DNA of 64,000 nt from an uncultured Holophagales bacterium (GTDB lineage Bacteria > Acidobacteriota > Thermoanaerobaculia > Multivoradales > UBA5704), in assembly GCA_963842525.1 (NCBI GenBank), contig CAWJGT010000009.1, forward strand, positions 288,001 through 352,000, written 5' to 3'. The position numbers and the translations under genes are program-made. A model generated the notes under the pieces. That model saw only the letters and a list, made by a program, of their open reading frames with translations, was not told where the DNA came from and ran no database searches. Below, one piece after another: positions 8,552 to 21,943 of this stretch (within the stretch, counting starts at the first letter, position 1; each line of letters begins with the position of its first letter).

Positions 8552-9165
8552 TCCGCCTTGCGCTGCCCAAGGGGCGGAACCTGGAAGTCGCCCGCGCCGC
8601 CTTCCGGGCCGCCGGGCTCCTCGAAGGTCTCGACCTCGGCGGCCGGAGCCTTCTCGTCCAGTTGGACGGGATCGAGGTGCTCTCTCTCAAGGACTGGGAC
8701 CTCCCGCTGTACGTCGAGCACGGCGTGGCCGATTTCGGCATCGTGGGCAGCGACGTGCTGGCCGAGGTGGACGGCGACCTGCTGGTGCCGCTCCGGCTCC
8801 GGGACGGGCGCTCGCGGATGTCGCTGATCGGCCGTGATCCGGAGCTGCCCGCGCCGGGCAGCCAGGTGCGGCTGGCCACCAAGTACCCGCTCACCGCCCG
8901 CCGCCTGGTGGCCGACCGCCCCTGGGGGGCCGAGATCTTCAAGCTCTCGGGATCGATTGAGCTGGCGCCGGCGCTCCATCTCGCCGAGGTGGCGCTCGAC
9001 ATCGTCCAGACCGGACGGACGCTCGCCGAGAACCGGCTGGTCGAGATCGAAACCGTGGCCGAGGTGGCGGCCTGCCTGGTGGTGAACCGTGCCTCGTACC
9101 AGCGCCATCGCGCGCTCTTGAACGACTGGATCAACCGCCTGGAGGCGGCGGGGGTGGCGCTGTGA
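8548..9165 (+). CDS. hisG: ATP phosphoribosyltransferase (short form)
   Basis: LALPKGR, ADFGIVGSD, LATKYP, GSIELAP, DIVQTGRTL. Confidence 0.93.
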   Translation: MIRLALPKGRNLEVARAAFRAAGLLEGLDLGGRSLLVQLDGIEVLSLKDWDLPLYVEHGVADFGIVGSDVLAEVDGDLLVPLRLRDGRSRMSLIGRDPELPAPGSQVRLATKYPLTARRLVADRPWGAEIFKLSGSIELAPALHLAEVALDIVQTGRTLAENRLVEIETVAEVAACLVVNRASYQRHRALLNDWINRLEAAGVAL

Positions 9166-9324
9166 GACCTCACCCCCGGCCCCTCTCCCATCTCCCACCC
9201 GCCCCTTCCCCGGGAGAGGGGAGAAATTCAAGAGGAAACAGCTCGAAGCATTTTTTAGTCTTCGTTCCCCCTCTCCCGGCGTGGGGTGGTAGGGAGATGG
9301 GAGAGGGGGCCAGGGGGTGAGGTC
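9166..9324. repeat. REP-like palindromic element, full inverted pair (CCTCACCCCC...CCCTCTCCC family)
   Basis: GACCTCACCCCC..CCCTCTCCCATCTCCC pairs with GGGAGATGGGAGAGGG..GGGGGTGAGGTC; seven copies or half-copies in the window. Confidence 0.85.
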
Positions 9325-10634
9325 TTTGTCGCCGCTCGCGATTCATACGACCTCGTCCCGCGCCGGCCGCCGCGCGGTCGAGCGCCTGACCCGTCGTGGC
9401 GATGCGGTCCTCGACGCCAAGACCCTGCGCCGCGCAGGGCGGATCGTCCAGGCCGTGCGCCGGACGGGGGACCGCGCCCTGCTCGGCTTTGCGCGCGAGC
9501 TCGACGGGGCCGAGACCGAGTCGGTGGCCGGGCTTGCGCTCGCTCCGCTGCCCGGAGACGCCCAGGGCTCCGGTCTGCCTGCGGGTTTCGCGGATGCGTT
9601 GGAGCAGTCCATCGAGGCGGTGAGGACCTTCTATCAGCCGCAGGCGCAACGGGCTTGCGAAGATTTCCGGCAGATGCAGGATGGGGCGGACCTCCGGGAG
9701 GTGGTCACACCGCTCCGCCGCATCGGCATCTATGTGCCGGGCGGGCGTGCAGCCTATCCTTCGACCGTGGTCATGACGGTCGTCCCGGCCCAGGAGGCCG
9801 GCGTGAAGGAAATCGCGGTCGCGACGCCGCCGGGCTCGTATCGGGGGAGCCCGGCGCTGCGCTATGCCCTGGCGACGCTCGGGGTGACCGAGGTGTGGGG
9901 GATGGGCGGCGCGCATGCGGTCGCCGCCTTTGCTTATGGCACCGAGACGATCCGCCGGGTCGACAAGATCGTCGGGCCGGGCAACGCCTGGGTCACCGCG
10001 GCCAAGAAGCTGGTGGTGGGCGATGTGGCGATCGACGGCATCGCCGGCCCCAGCGAGGTGCTGATCGTGGCCGATGCGACTGCCGATCCGGCCGACCTGG
10101 CCGCCGACCTGCTGGCCCAGGCGGAGCACGACCCGCTGGCCGCCGCCGTGTTGATCACTCCCGACCGCGGGCTCGCGGAGCGGGTCTCCGAGGAGGTCGA
10201 GCGCCAGCTCGCGGATTTGCCCACCGCGGAGACCGCGCGAGCCTCTCTGGAAAAGTTCGGCGCGGCCCTGGTGGTGGCCGGGATGGAGGAGGCCTTGGAG
10301 CTGGCCGAGCTGATCGCCCCGGAGCACCTGCAGCTCGTCGGTCCCGCGGCCGAGGCGCTCGCGGACCGGATCACCGCGGCCGGCGCGGTCTTCCTCGGCT
10401 CCGCCACGCCCGAGGTCTTCGGCGACTACATCGCCGGGCCGAGCCACGTCCTGCCGACCTGCGGCAGCGCCCGGTTCGCCTCGTCCCTGGGGGTCGAGGA
10501 CTTCCTGCGCCGCAGCCACCGCATCCGGTTCACCCCCGAGGCCGCTGCGCGCCGGGCGGAACCGCGGCGCCTGCCTGGCCGACGCAGAGGGCCTGCCCGC
10601 CCATGCTGCCTCGGCGCGGAGGAGGGCGTCATGA
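9317..10634 (+). CDS. hisD: Histidinol dehydrogenase (frameshift near 10560)
   Basis: GIYVPGG, KIVGPGN, IAGPSE, QAEHD, APEHL, GDYIAGPSHVLPT; C-terminal EGLPAHAAS lies in another frame. Confidence 0.9.
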
Positions 10635-11760
10635 TCCATAAGGTCGATCCCGCCGCTCTTCGTCCGGCCCGAATTGCGCCGCCTGTCGGACATACACCTG
10701 GACCTGACGCCGTGCCGGCACAAGCTGGACCAGAACGAGGTGCCCTGGGACCTGCCGCGACGCCTCAAGGAGGAGGTGGCCGACCCGGCTCCTGGACGCC
10801 GACTGGGCCCGCTATCCGGATTTCCACGCCGACGCCCTCCGCCAGGACCTCGGGCGGCTGCACGGCCACCCGTGGGAGGGGGTCCTGGTCGGCAACGGCT
10901 CGAACGAGCTGCTCGGCGTGGCTCTCACGGCCCTGGTGCCGCCCGGCGAGCGAGGTGCTCGGCGCCGAGCCGAGCTTCGGCCTCTACCGCCCGTTCGTCC
11001 TCAAGGCCGGCGGCGTCCCCCGCTTCCTGCCGCCGCGCCCGGACCTGCGCCTGCCGGCCGACGAGATCGAGGCCGAGGTCGAGCGCAACCCCCGCCGGCC
11101 GGTCCTCCTCTGCTACGCCGAACAACCCCACGGGCGATGCCCTGCCGCCGGACCGCGATCGAGTAGCTCCTGGAGCGCCTGGAGGCGCCGCTCCTCCTCG
11201 ACAACGCCTATGGCGAGTTCTGCCGCTGGGACTACCGGCCGCTCCTTGCCCGCTACCCGCACCTGGTCCTCTTCCGCACCTTCTCCAAGGCCTGGTCGCT
11301 CGCCGGGATGCGGCTCGGCTATCTGCTGGCCGATCCGCGCCTGGTCGCGGAGCTGATCAAGGTCAAGCTGCCCTACAACCTGGGCCACGCAGCGGTGATC
11401 GCGGGCCGGGCTGTCCTCGGCGCCGAGGACGAGGCCCGCCGCGGGTGCGGGTGATCGTCGCCCGCCGCGCGCAGTGGGCGCGCGATGCTTGGCCGAGGAG
11501 GGTCTGGAGGTCTTTCCCGTCGGAGGCCAATTTCCTGCTGATCCGCTGCGGCTCGCCGGAGCGCGCACGGGAGATCTCGGCGGCCTCGCGGCGCGCGGCA
11601 TCCGGGTGCGCAATGTCGGCGGGAGCGGCTCTCCCGGGCTGGCCGGTTGTCTGCGCGTGTCGGTCGGCACGGGCGCGGCGCTACGGGATACGCACCTTGC
11701 TCTGGCGGAGATCCGGGAGGGGGTGGCGGTGGAGGAGTCGAGGTTCGCTTCCATGCCTCC
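10631..11760 (+). CDS. hisC: Histidinol-phosphate aminotransferase (multiple frameshifts; end approximate)
   Basis: Fragments KLDQNE, GNGSNE, PNNPTG, DNAYGEF, RTFSKAWSLAGMRLGY and LRVSVGT spread across frames. Confidence 0.82.
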
Positions 11761-11775
11761 TCCGCGGCGGCGGAG

Positions 11776-11835
11776 CCCTCACCCCCCGGCCCCCTCTCCC
11801 ATCCGCACTCCCATCCCGCCCGGGAGAGGGGGAGA
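11776..11835. repeat. REP-like half element at the hisC/hisB junction
   Basis: CCCTCACCCCCC..CCCTCTCCC..GGGAGAGGGGGAG. Confidence 0.8.
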
Positions 11836-12435
11836 GCAGACAGGGAAAAATCGAGCGGACGACAGGCGAGACGCGGATCCGGCTGGCTTTGTCTCTCGAC
11901 GGCGGGCCGCGGCGGATCGAGGTGCCGAACGGGTTCTTCGGCCACATGCTGACAGGCTCTGGCTGCGCATGGCGGGTTCGGGATCGAGTCTGGAGGCGGT
12001 GGGGGATACGCAAGTGGATCTCCACCATACGGTCGAGGACGTGGGGATCGCCTTCGGCGAGGCTCTCGCCGGCGGCGCTGGGGGAGCGGCGCGGGATCGT
12101 CCGCTTCGCCCATGCCTACGCGCCGCTCGACGAGGCGCTGGCGCGGGCCGTGGTCGACCTCTCGGGGCGCGGCTCGTTCGCGTACTCGGCGCCTCCCGAG
12201 GTGGCGGCCGGCTGGGTGACGGCGGAGTTCCCGCTCACCCTGGTGGCCGACTTTTTCCAGGCCGTGGCCGACCGCGGACGGCTGACGCTCCACCTGGATA
12301 TCCTCGTCTGCCCGCAACGGCCACCATGCCGCCGAGGCTGCTTCAAGGCAGCGGCCCTGGCCCTCCGCCAGGCGGTGGCTCTGCGCGGTGCAGTCGACCG
12401 ACGTGCCGAGCACCAAGGGGACGCTGTCCGCATGA
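11835..12435 (+). CDS. hisB: Imidazoleglycerol-phosphate dehydratase (frameshifted; start uncertain)
   Basis: RTTGETRI, FFGHML, DLHHTVEDVGI, PLDEAL, DLSGR, NGHH, PSTKGTL. Confidence 0.85.
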
Positions 12436-13062
12436 GCCGCCGCGCCGTCATTCGACGCCGGAGTCGGCAACCTGGGCAACCTCGTGCGCGCCCTGGAGCG
12501 GGTCGGCGGCCGGCGCGGAGATCACCGCTCGACCCGGCGCGGGTGGCGGAGGCGACGCTGCCTGCTGCTGCCCGGCGTCGGGGCCTTCGCGCCGCCCCGC
12601 GAGGCCCTGCGCGGTGCGATGGAGGAGGCTCTTCGCGTGGCTCTGGACCGTGGCGCCTGGCTGCTCGGCATCTGCGTCGGCTTCCAGCTCTTCTTCGAGG
12701 CTGGCGAGGAGTTTGGAACCATGGACGGCCTCGGCCTTCTCCCCGGCCGGGTGACCCGCCTGCCGCAGGGCGTGCCGGTCCCCCATATCGGCTGGAACCG
12801 TCTGCACGACCTGGCCGCTCACCCCCTGCTCGCTGGTCTGTCCGAAGGCTGGTACGTCTACTTCGTCCACAGCTATGCCCCCGAAGGGGTGCCGGACGGG
12901 CTCTGCCTGGCCCGTTGTACCCACGGCCGTGTCTTCCCGGCGATCGCCGGTACCGAGCGGGTGATGGGGACGCAGTTCCATCCCGAACGCAGCGGCGAGG
13001 CCGGGCTGCGGCTGCTCGCCAACTTCCTGGAGATGGCCCATGGATCTGCTGCCGGCCCTTGA
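12432..13062 (+). CDS. hisH: Imidazole glycerol phosphate synthase, glutaminase subunit (N-terminal frameshifts)
   Basis: GVGNL, LPGVGAF, LGICVGFQ, PHIGWN, YFVHSY, QFHPERS. Confidence 0.9.
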
Positions 13063-13753
13063 CCTGCGCCATGGCCGAGCCGTTCGCCTGCGCCAGGGGG
13101 ACGCGGCGCGCGAGACGGTCTACAGCGACGACCCGCTCGCCCTGCTCGTGGCCTACCAGGAGGCGCGGGTCCGCAGGGTCCACGTGGTCGACCTCGACGC
13201 CGCCTTCGGGGAGCCGCCGCAGCGCAAGCTGATCGCGAAGATGGCCGCCCTCCTGCCCATCCAGCTCGGCGGCGGCCTGCGCGACCGCGAGTCGATCCGC
13301 TGGGCTCTGGAGGAGGCCGGCTGCGACCGCGCCGTGGTGGGGTCGCTCGCGGCCCGAGATCCGGAGCGGTTCCGCGACCTCGCCGAGGAATTTGCGGCCC
13401 GCCTTGTACCGGCGCTCGATGTCCAACAGGGCGAGATCCGGATCGCCGGCTGGACCGAAGGCGCGCGGCGGACGCTTGCGGACGTCTGCGCCCGGCTGCG
13501 CGGCCTCCCCTGCCCGGCGGTCCTGGTGACAGACGTCGAACGGGACGGCATGATGACCGGCCCCAACTTCGAGCTGGCCCGCCAGATCGCCCGCGACACC
13601 GGCTACCCCGGTCTCCTCTCGGGAGGTGTGCACCGGCTGGAGGACCTGCAGGCGGCGCTGGGGATTCCGGAGATCGGCGGCGTGGTCGTGGGCCGGGCGC
13701 TCTACGAGGGGGTCTTCACCGTGGAGGAGGCCCTGGGGGTCGTCGCCCGATGA
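13040..13753 (+). CDS. hisA: ProFAR isomerase
   Basis: [40 protein letters not shown]. Confidence 0.93.
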   Translation: MDLLPALDLRHGRAVRLRQGDAARETVYSDDPLALLVAYQEARVRRVHVVDLDAAFGEPPQRKLIAKMAALLPIQLGGGLRDRESIRWALEEAGCDRAVVGSLAARDPERFRDLAEEFAARLVPALDVQQGEIRIAGWTEGARRTLADVCARLRGLPCPAVLVTDVERDGMMTGPNFELARQIARDTGYPGLLSGGVHRLEDLQAALGIPEIGGVVVGRALYEGVFTVEEALGVVAR

Positions 13754-14516
13754 GCACGCTGACGAACCTCGCGCGGCGGGTGATCCCCTGCCTGGACGTC
13801 CGGGACGGCCGGGTGGTCAAGGGCGTTCGCTTTCAGGACCTGACCGACCAGGGAGACCCGGCGGAGAGCGCGCTGCGCTACGCAGAGCAGGGAGCGGACG
13901 AGATCGTCTTCCTCGACATCACGGCCGCACCCGAGGGACGCGACACGGACCTCGACTGGGTCCGCCGTACGGCCGAGCAGGTGTTCATCCCGCTGACGGT
14001 CGGCGGCGGCGTGCGCAGCGAGGAGGACGCCCGCCGGCTCCTCCGCGCCGGGGCCGACAAGGTGGGGATCAACACGGCCGCTGTCGAGAATCCAGAGCTG
14101 ATCCGCCGGCTCGCCCGCCGCTTCGGCAGCCAGTGCGTGGTCCTTTCGGTGGACGCCCGGCGCCGCAATGGAGACGGCTGGGAGGTGGTCGTCCAGGGTG
14201 GCCGCAAGCCCACCGGGCTTGGACGCACTCGCCTGGATCCGCGAAGGGGTCGAGCGCGGCGCCGGCGAGATCCTCCTCACCAGCATCGACCGCGACGGTA
14301 CGCAGGGGGGCTACGACCTCGACCTGCTTGCCGAGGTGGTCCGCGCCGTCGAGGTGCCGGTGATCGCCTCGGGCGGCGCCGGCACGCCGGAGCACCTCGC
14401 CCAGGCCCTCGCCGCCGGAGCCGCCGCGGTTCTCGCCGCGTCGATCTTCCACCAGGGGACGTATACGGTGGGGGAGGTGAAGAAGGAGCTGGCCAAGGCG
14501 GGGTTTGAAGTGAGAC
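13750..14516 (+). CDS. hisF: Imidazole glycerol phosphate synthase, cyclase subunit (frameshift near 14215; no stop before hisIE)
   Basis: [61 protein letters not shown]. Confidence 0.9.
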
Positions 14517-14682
14517 CTCACCCCCTGTCCCCCTCTCCCATCTCCCACCCACCCTATCCCCGGGAGAGGGGGGACGTTGCTCAGGCGGCTGTGGCGAGGT
14601 CGGGCATAGCCGCTCCGGATGAGTTCCCCCTCTCCCGGCGGGGGGTGGAAGGGAGATGGGAGAGGGGGCTAGGGGGTGAGGT
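14514..14682. repeat. REP-like palindromic element between hisF and hisIE, read through in frame
   Basis: Same inverted arms as 9166-9324; ORF 14168-15325 crosses it without a stop. Confidence 0.85.
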
Positions 14683-15325
14683 TCTCCGCCTGCGCTACGA
14701 TGACCGCGGCCTCGTCCCGGTCGTGGTCCAGGACGTGGGGAGCGGCGCGGTGCTGATGCTGGCCTATGCCAACCGCGAGGCCGTCAAGCGGACTCTCGCG
14801 ACCGGCCAGGTCTGGTTCTGGAGCCGGTCCCGGCAGTCCCTCTGGCGCAAGGGTGAGACCTCCGGCAACACCCTGACACTGGTCGACTTGGTCGTCGACT
14901 GCGATGGGGACGCCCTGCTGGTGCGGGCGCGTCCGGCCGGACCGGCCTGCCACCGCGGCACCCGGACCTGCTTCGAGCCCAACCCCGCGCGCATCGAGCT
15001 CGGCTGGCTCGCCGAGATCCTGCACGGCAGGGCCGGTGCCGACCCGCGGGAGAGCTACACGGCCCGCCTGCTCGCCCAGGGGATCGAGCGCATCGCTCAG
15101 AAGGTGGGCGAGGAGGGGGTCGAGACTGCGATCGCGGCCGTCGTGGCTGCATCCGAACAGGGGGAGCACAAGGACAAACGCCGGACCGCTCTGGTGGGTG
15201 AGGCGGCTGACCTGCTGTACCACCTGCTCGTGCTCTTGCAGGCGAGCGGCGTCGATCCCGCGGAGGTGGCGCAGGAGCTCCTCCGCCGGCACGGTTTCGA
15301 CCCGTCGCCGCACGAGAACATGTAG
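14681..15325 (+). CDS. hisIE: Phosphoribosyl-AMP cyclohydrolase / phosphoribosyl-ATP pyrophosphatase (start uncertain)
   Basis: [54 protein letters not shown]. Confidence 0.9.
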   Translation, partial: VLRLRYDDRGLVPVVVQDVGSGAVLMLAYANREAVKRTLATGQVWFWSRSRQSLWRKGETSGNTLTLVDLVVDCDGDALLVRARPAGPACHRGTRTCFEPNPARIELGWLAEILHGRAGADPRESYTARLLAQGIERIAQKVGEEGVETAIAAVVAASEQGEHKDKRRTALVGEAADLLYHLLVLLQASGVDPAEVAQELLRRHGFDPSPHENM

Positions 15326-15337
15326 CGAGGACCACGA

Positions 15338-16793
15338 ATGACCGACCCCGGCCACAACCGCCCGCGACGCGCGGTGCCCCATATCCGCGAGCTGCTCGCC
15401 GACAGCCTGACGCCTCTCGGCGTCTACCGCCGTCTGGCGAAGATCTCTCCCCATCGCTTCCTCCTGGAGAGCGTGAGCGGGCGGCGAGAACGTCTCGCGC
15501 TTCAGCTTCCTCGGCGCCGGGCCGCGGGAGATCTACCGCCTCTATCCGGACCGCCTGGAGATCGAGCGCGGCGGGCGCCGGCGCGACCTTCCCGGCGCGC
15601 CTCTCGACGCCCTGCACGAGGTGGTCCGCGGCGTCGCGGCCGAGCCCGGCCCCATCCCCTTCACCGGCGGGCTCGTCGGCTATTTCGGCTACGACCTCAT
15701 CCGCCTGGTCGAGCGCCTGCCGCACCGTCCCGCCGACCGCTACGGCCTGCCCATCGCGCTCCTCGCCCGCTTCGACACCCTGGTCATCTTCGACCACGCC
15801 CACCAGCGCGTGCTCGCCATCGCCAACGAGATCGAAGGTGAGGTGGGAGTGGTCGCCGCCGAGCGCCAGCTCGCGCGCCTCTCCCGGCTGCTGACCGCCG
15901 AAGGCGGCGGCGGCGCGGTGCCCATGCCGGCGCACGCGCTGCGGCCGGCCGGCACCGAGCCGCCCAGCCTCGACGGCGCGAGCTACCGGCGCGCCGTGGA
16001 GACGGCCAAGGAATACATCGCCGCGGGCGACATCTTCCAGGTCGTCCTCGCCCGCCGCTGGACCGTGCCGCGCCGCGTCGAGCCGCTGGCTCTCTACCGG
16101 GCGCTGCGCATGGTCAATCCGAGCCCCTACATGGCCCTCTTCGAGGCGCCCGAGGTGGCGCTGGTCGGCGCCTCGCCGGAGATGCTGGTCCGCAAGCAGG
16201 GGCGGCGGATCGAGACCCGGCCCATCGCCGGCACCCGGCCGCGCGGCATGGACGCCGCCGGCGACAAGAGCCTCGCCGAGGACCTGCTGGCCGACCCCAA
16301 GGAGCGGGCGGAGCACGTGATGCTGGTCGACCTGGGGAGGAACGACCTCGGCCGTGTCGCCGTGCCCGGCAGCGTCCGCGTGGCGAGCTTCCTGGAGATC
16401 GAGCGCTACAGCCACGTCATGCACATGGTCTCCAGCGTCGAGGCCGAGCTGGAGCACGGCCGCAGCGGGCTCGATGCCCTGCTCGCCTGCTTCCCGGCCG
16501 GCACCGTCTCAGGCGCTCCCAAGATCCGCGCCATGGAGATCATCGACGAGCTGGAGCCGGAGAGCCGCGGCCCCTATGCCGGAGCCATCGGCTATCTCTC
16601 CTATTCGGGCGACCTCGACACCTGCATCACCATCCGTACTCTGGTCGTCGAGGCGGACCGCACCTCCGTGACCGCGGGAGCCGGCATCGTGGCCGACTCG
16701 CAGCCCGCGGCGGAGGAGCGGGAGACGGAAAACAAAGCGGCGGCGCTGCTGGCCGCGGTCGCTCTCGCCGAAGAGCTGGAGGAGTATTCGTGA
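15338..16793 (+). CDS. trpE: Anthranilate synthase component I (frameshift near 15480)
   Basis: FLLESV, GDIFQVVL, NPSPYM, PIAGTR, KERAEHVMLVDLGRND, PAGTVSGAPKIRAM. Confidence 0.93.
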
Positions 16794-17387
16794 TCCTGAT
16801 GGTGGACAACTACGATTCCTTCACCTACAACCTGGTGCAGATGCTCTCCGCGGCCGGGGCCGAGGTGGTGGTGCTGCGCAACGACTTCGAGAGCGCCGAC
16901 GCCCTGCTCGCCCGCGAGCCGGAGGGAATCGTCCTCTCGCCCGGCCCGGGCCGGCCCGAGGACGCAGGCGTCTGCCTGGACCTGATCCGGCGCCGCGCTC
17001 CGGTCCCGCTCCTCGGCGTCTGCCTCGGCCACCAGGCCCTGGGTGTCGCCTTCGGGGCCACGGTGGACCGCGCGCCGCGCCAGATGCACGGCAAGACCTC
17101 GATGGTCCGCCACACCGATCTCGGAGTCTTCGCCGGGCTGCCCAACCCCTTCGAGGCCACGCGCTACCACAGCCTGGAGGTCAAGGAGCCGACGCTGCCG
17201 CCGGAGCTGGAGCCGATCGCCTGGAGCGACGACGGCACGCTCATGGGCCTGCGCCACCGCGAGCTCCCGTACTGGGGCGTGCAGTTCCATCCCGAATCGG
17301 TGCTGACCGGCTCCGGGCGCGCACCTCCTGGCCAATTTCCTGGGCCTGTGCAAGACGGTGGCGGACGAGGTGGCGGTCCATGCCTGA
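16790..17387 (+). CDS. trpG: Anthranilate synthase component II (frameshift near 17320)
   Basis: DNYDSFTYNL, SPGPG, GVCLGHQ, RYHSL, QFHPES. Confidence 0.92.
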
Positions 17388-18392
17388 GGCGAAGGAGGCG
17401 CTCTGGCGCCTGGCCGCGGGGGAGAGCCTCACCCGCGAAGAGACCGAGGAGCTCTTCGGCTCTCTGATGGACGGCCAGGTCAGCGACACGATCAAGGCCG
17501 CGCTCCTGGTCGCCCTGCGCATGAAGGGGGAGGTGGTGGCGGAGATCGCCGGCGCTGCCACCGCCATGCGGCGCCGGGTGATCCCCATCCGCCACTCGGT
17601 CGAGGGGGTGGTGGATACCTGCGGCACCGGCGGCGACGGCCGCGGCACCTTCAACATCTCGACCGCGGCGGCGCTGGTGGCCGCGGCGGCCGGCGTGCGC
17701 GTGGCCAAGCATGGCAACCGGTCCGTCTCCAGCAAGTCGGGGAGCGCCGACGTGCTCGCCGCCCTGGGGGTGAGGATCGAGATGGACCCCGAGACCGCCG
17801 GCCGCGCCCTGGAGACCGTCGGAATCACCTTCCTTTTTGCGCCGCTGCTCCATCCCGCGATGCGCGAGGTCATGCCGGTGCGCCGCGAGCTGGGGATGCG
17901 GACGATCTTCAACGTCCTGGGTCCGTTGACCAACCCGGCCGGCGCCCGCCGGCAGCTCATGGGGGTCTACGCCGAAGCCCTGGTCGAGCCGATCGGCCAC
18001 GTGCTGCGCGACCTCGGTGCCGAGCACGCCCTGGTGGTCCACGGCAGCGACGGCCTGGACGAGATCACCACGACGGGTCCGACCACGGTGAGCGAAGTCA
18101 AAGATGGAGAAACGCGCGCCTACACCCTGGAGCCGGAGCGCCTGGGGATTCCGCGCGCACGCCTGCAGGACCTCGCCGGCGGCGGACCCGAGGAGAACGC
18201 GGCCCTGATGCACCGCGTCCTCGGCGGTGAGCCCGGCCCCCTGGCGGATGTGACTGCCTTGAACGCCGGCGCCGCGATCTACGTCTCCGGCCTGGCGCCG
18301 ACCCTGGAGGATGGATACGGGCGGGCTCGCGAGGTGCTGGCCTCGGGGGCGGGGCGCGGAAGCTCGCGGAGCTGAAAGGGTTCCTGGGATGA
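17380..18392 (+). CDS. trpD: Anthranilate phosphoribosyltransferase (C-terminal frameshift; end approximate)
   Basis: DTCGTGGDG, NISTA, KHGNRSVSSKSGSAD, GPLTNP, DGLDE. Confidence 0.93.
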
Positions 18393-18435
18393 CGCTCCCC
18401 GCCACCCCCCGGAGCCCGGGTCGCGGGGAGGTCCG

Positions 18436-19243
18436 ATGATCCCCGACATCCTCCTCCGCATCGCCGAGCGCCGCCGCCAGCGGGTGGCGGCGGAGATCGC
18501 CGCTCGCGGTGGGGCTGGAAGCCTCGTCGAGGCTGACGACAGCGCGATCCTCACCGAGCGCGACAACGCCTTCCTCGGCCGCCTTGCGGCAGCGAACGAA
18601 GGGCACCCCCGCCATCATCGCCGAGGTCAAGATGGGCTCCCCGCGGCTGGGCTACCTCCACGGTCGGGTCGATCCCATCGCCCAGGCGCGCATCTATGCC
18701 GAGCATGGTGCCGCCTGCCTGTCCGTGGTTGTGGAGCCGGATTTCTTCCATGGCGGCTACGACCTCCTCGCCGCCTGCCGCGCGGCTTCGGGCCTGCCGG
18801 CCATCGCCAAGGACTTCCTGGTCGACCCGGTCCAGCTCGTCTGGGCCAAGGAGGCCGGCGCCGACGCCGTGCTGCTGATCGCCGCTCTCCTACGAAGCCG
18901 GCGAGATGGCGCGCTACGCCCGCCTGGCCCGCGGCCTCGGCCTGGTCCCGCTGGTCGAGACCCACGACGCGGACGATATCGGCAAGCTCGCTCGGCGAGC
19001 CCTGGGAGCTGGTCGGCATCAACAACCGCGACCTGCGCACCTTCGACGTCGACCTCCAGAATTCGATCTCCCTGCTGCCCGGCCTGCCCGCCGAGGCGGT
19101 CAAGGTGGCCGAGAGCGGAATCCGCGACGCCCTCGACGTGTTGCTCCTCCGCGACAGCGGCTTCGACGCCTTCCTGATCGGCGAGTCGCTACTGCTCGCC
19201 ACGGACCCGGGCGCGAAGCTGCGGGAGCTGACCGGGCGCATGA
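18436..19243 (+). CDS. trpC: Indole-3-glycerol phosphate synthase (frameshifted)
   Basis: IIAEVKMGSP, LSVVVEPDFF, KDFLVD, GINNRDL, VAESGI, LIGESL across frames. Confidence 0.88.
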
Positions 19244-19868
19244 CGCAGGATCAAGATCTGCGGCGTCGCCGACGCCGAGAACGCCTGCCTGGCGGTCGAC
19301 CTGGGGGCCGATTTCCTCGGGTTGAACTTCTATCCGCGGAGCCCGCGGTATGTCGACCCGGGCCGGGCGCGGGAGATCGCCGACGCGGTGCGCGGGCGGG
19401 TGACCCTGGTCGGGGTCTTCGTCAACGCCGCGCCGGCCCAAATCGAGGAAATCACTGGCCGCGTCGGGCTCGACCTGCTGCAATTCAGCGGCGACGAGGA
19501 CCCCGAGGCCGTGGCGCCGTTCGCCGGCCGCGCCGTCAAGTGCTTCCGCACCGGCGGCGACCCCGGGGGCGAGGCGCTCGCGCCGTACCGCGACGCCTGG
19601 GGGCTGCTGTTCGACGCTCCCCACGGTTCCCTGTATGGTGGCACCGGTGCCGCCTGGAGCTACGCGGCGGTCGCGCGCACGGTCGAGGCCCTGCCCGGCC
19701 GGCGGGTCTTCCTGGCCGGCGGCCTCGGGCCGGACAACGTGCGGCAGGCGATCGAAGCCTGCCGGCCCTTCGCCGTGGACGTCTGCTCGCGGGTGGAGTC
19801 GGCCCCCGGAATCAAGGATCCCGAGCTGCTGCGGCGGCTTTTTGAGGAAGTTCTTCTAGGAGATCGGA

Positions 19869-19894
<26 letters not shown>
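19240..19894 (+). CDS. trpF: Phosphoribosylanthranilate isomerase (frameshift near the start)
   Basis: [33 protein letters not shown]. Confidence 0.9.
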
Positions 19895-21109
<1,215 letters not shown>

Positions 21110-21113
<4 letters not shown>

Positions 21114-21943
21114 CCGCGATCGACGACGTGTTCGCCCGCTGCGCCGCCGAAGGGCGCGCCGCCTTCATCCCCTTCCTCATGGCCGGCGACCCCAGCCTGG
21201 ACGCCACCGCAGCCTTCCTGGAAGCGCTCGCCGCCGGCGGCGCCGACGTGATCGAGCTGGGCGTGCCGTTCAGCGACCCGATCGCCGACGGCCCGACGAA
21301 CCAGCGGGCCGCGGTGCGCGCGCTCCAGTCCGGCACCAAGATCTCGGGCATCCTGGAGCTGGTGGCCCGGCACCGCGACCGGATCGGCGTGCCGATCGTT
21401 CTCTTCACCTACTTCAACCCGATCTTCTCGCGCGGCATCGAGCGCTTCGCCGAGCAGGCCGCGGCCTCGGGGGTCGACGGCGTGCTCTGCGTCGACCTGC
21501 CGCCCGAGGAGGGGCAGGAGGAGCTGGTGCCGGCGCTGCGCGAGCAGGGGGTGGACACCATCTTCCTCCTCGCCCCCACGAGCACCCGCGAACGCATCGG
21601 CCGGGTCGGGGCGATGTCCTCGGGCTTCGTCTATTACGTCTCGCGCACCGGGGTGACCGGCGAGCGCGCCGCCCTGCCGTCCGACCTGGTGCGCGACCTG
21701 AAGCGCCTGCGCCGGCGGCTCGACCTGCCGCTCGCCGTGGGCTTCGGGATCTCGTCGCCGGCCCACGTGGCCGCGGTGGCGGAGGTGGCCGACGGCGTGG
21801 TGGTGGGGAGCGCGCTGGTGCGGCTGGTCGAGGAGGGCCTGGAGCATGACGATCCCCGGGCCCTGCCGCGCCTCCTCGAAGAGCGGGTCCGCGACCTGTC
21901 GGAGCCGCTGCGGCGCCAGGCGGCGGAACGGCGGCGGGCATGA
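21110..21943 (+). CDS. trpA: Tryptophan synthase alpha chain
   Basis: [40 protein letters not shown]. Confidence 0.96.

Noticed and set aside
11164-11166. In-frame TAG in hisC as pyrrolysine or readthrough
   Set aside because: It lies in the most error-dense stretch, at a non-catalytic position, with no pyl genes in the window.
10560-12560. Dense frameshifts in hisD/C/B/H (also trpC, ligA, polX, dcm) as pseudogenisation or programmed frameshifting
   Set aside because: Motifs are intact across frames, the normally essential ligA is also hit, and no slippery sites are evident. Long-read indel errors are the simplest explanation.
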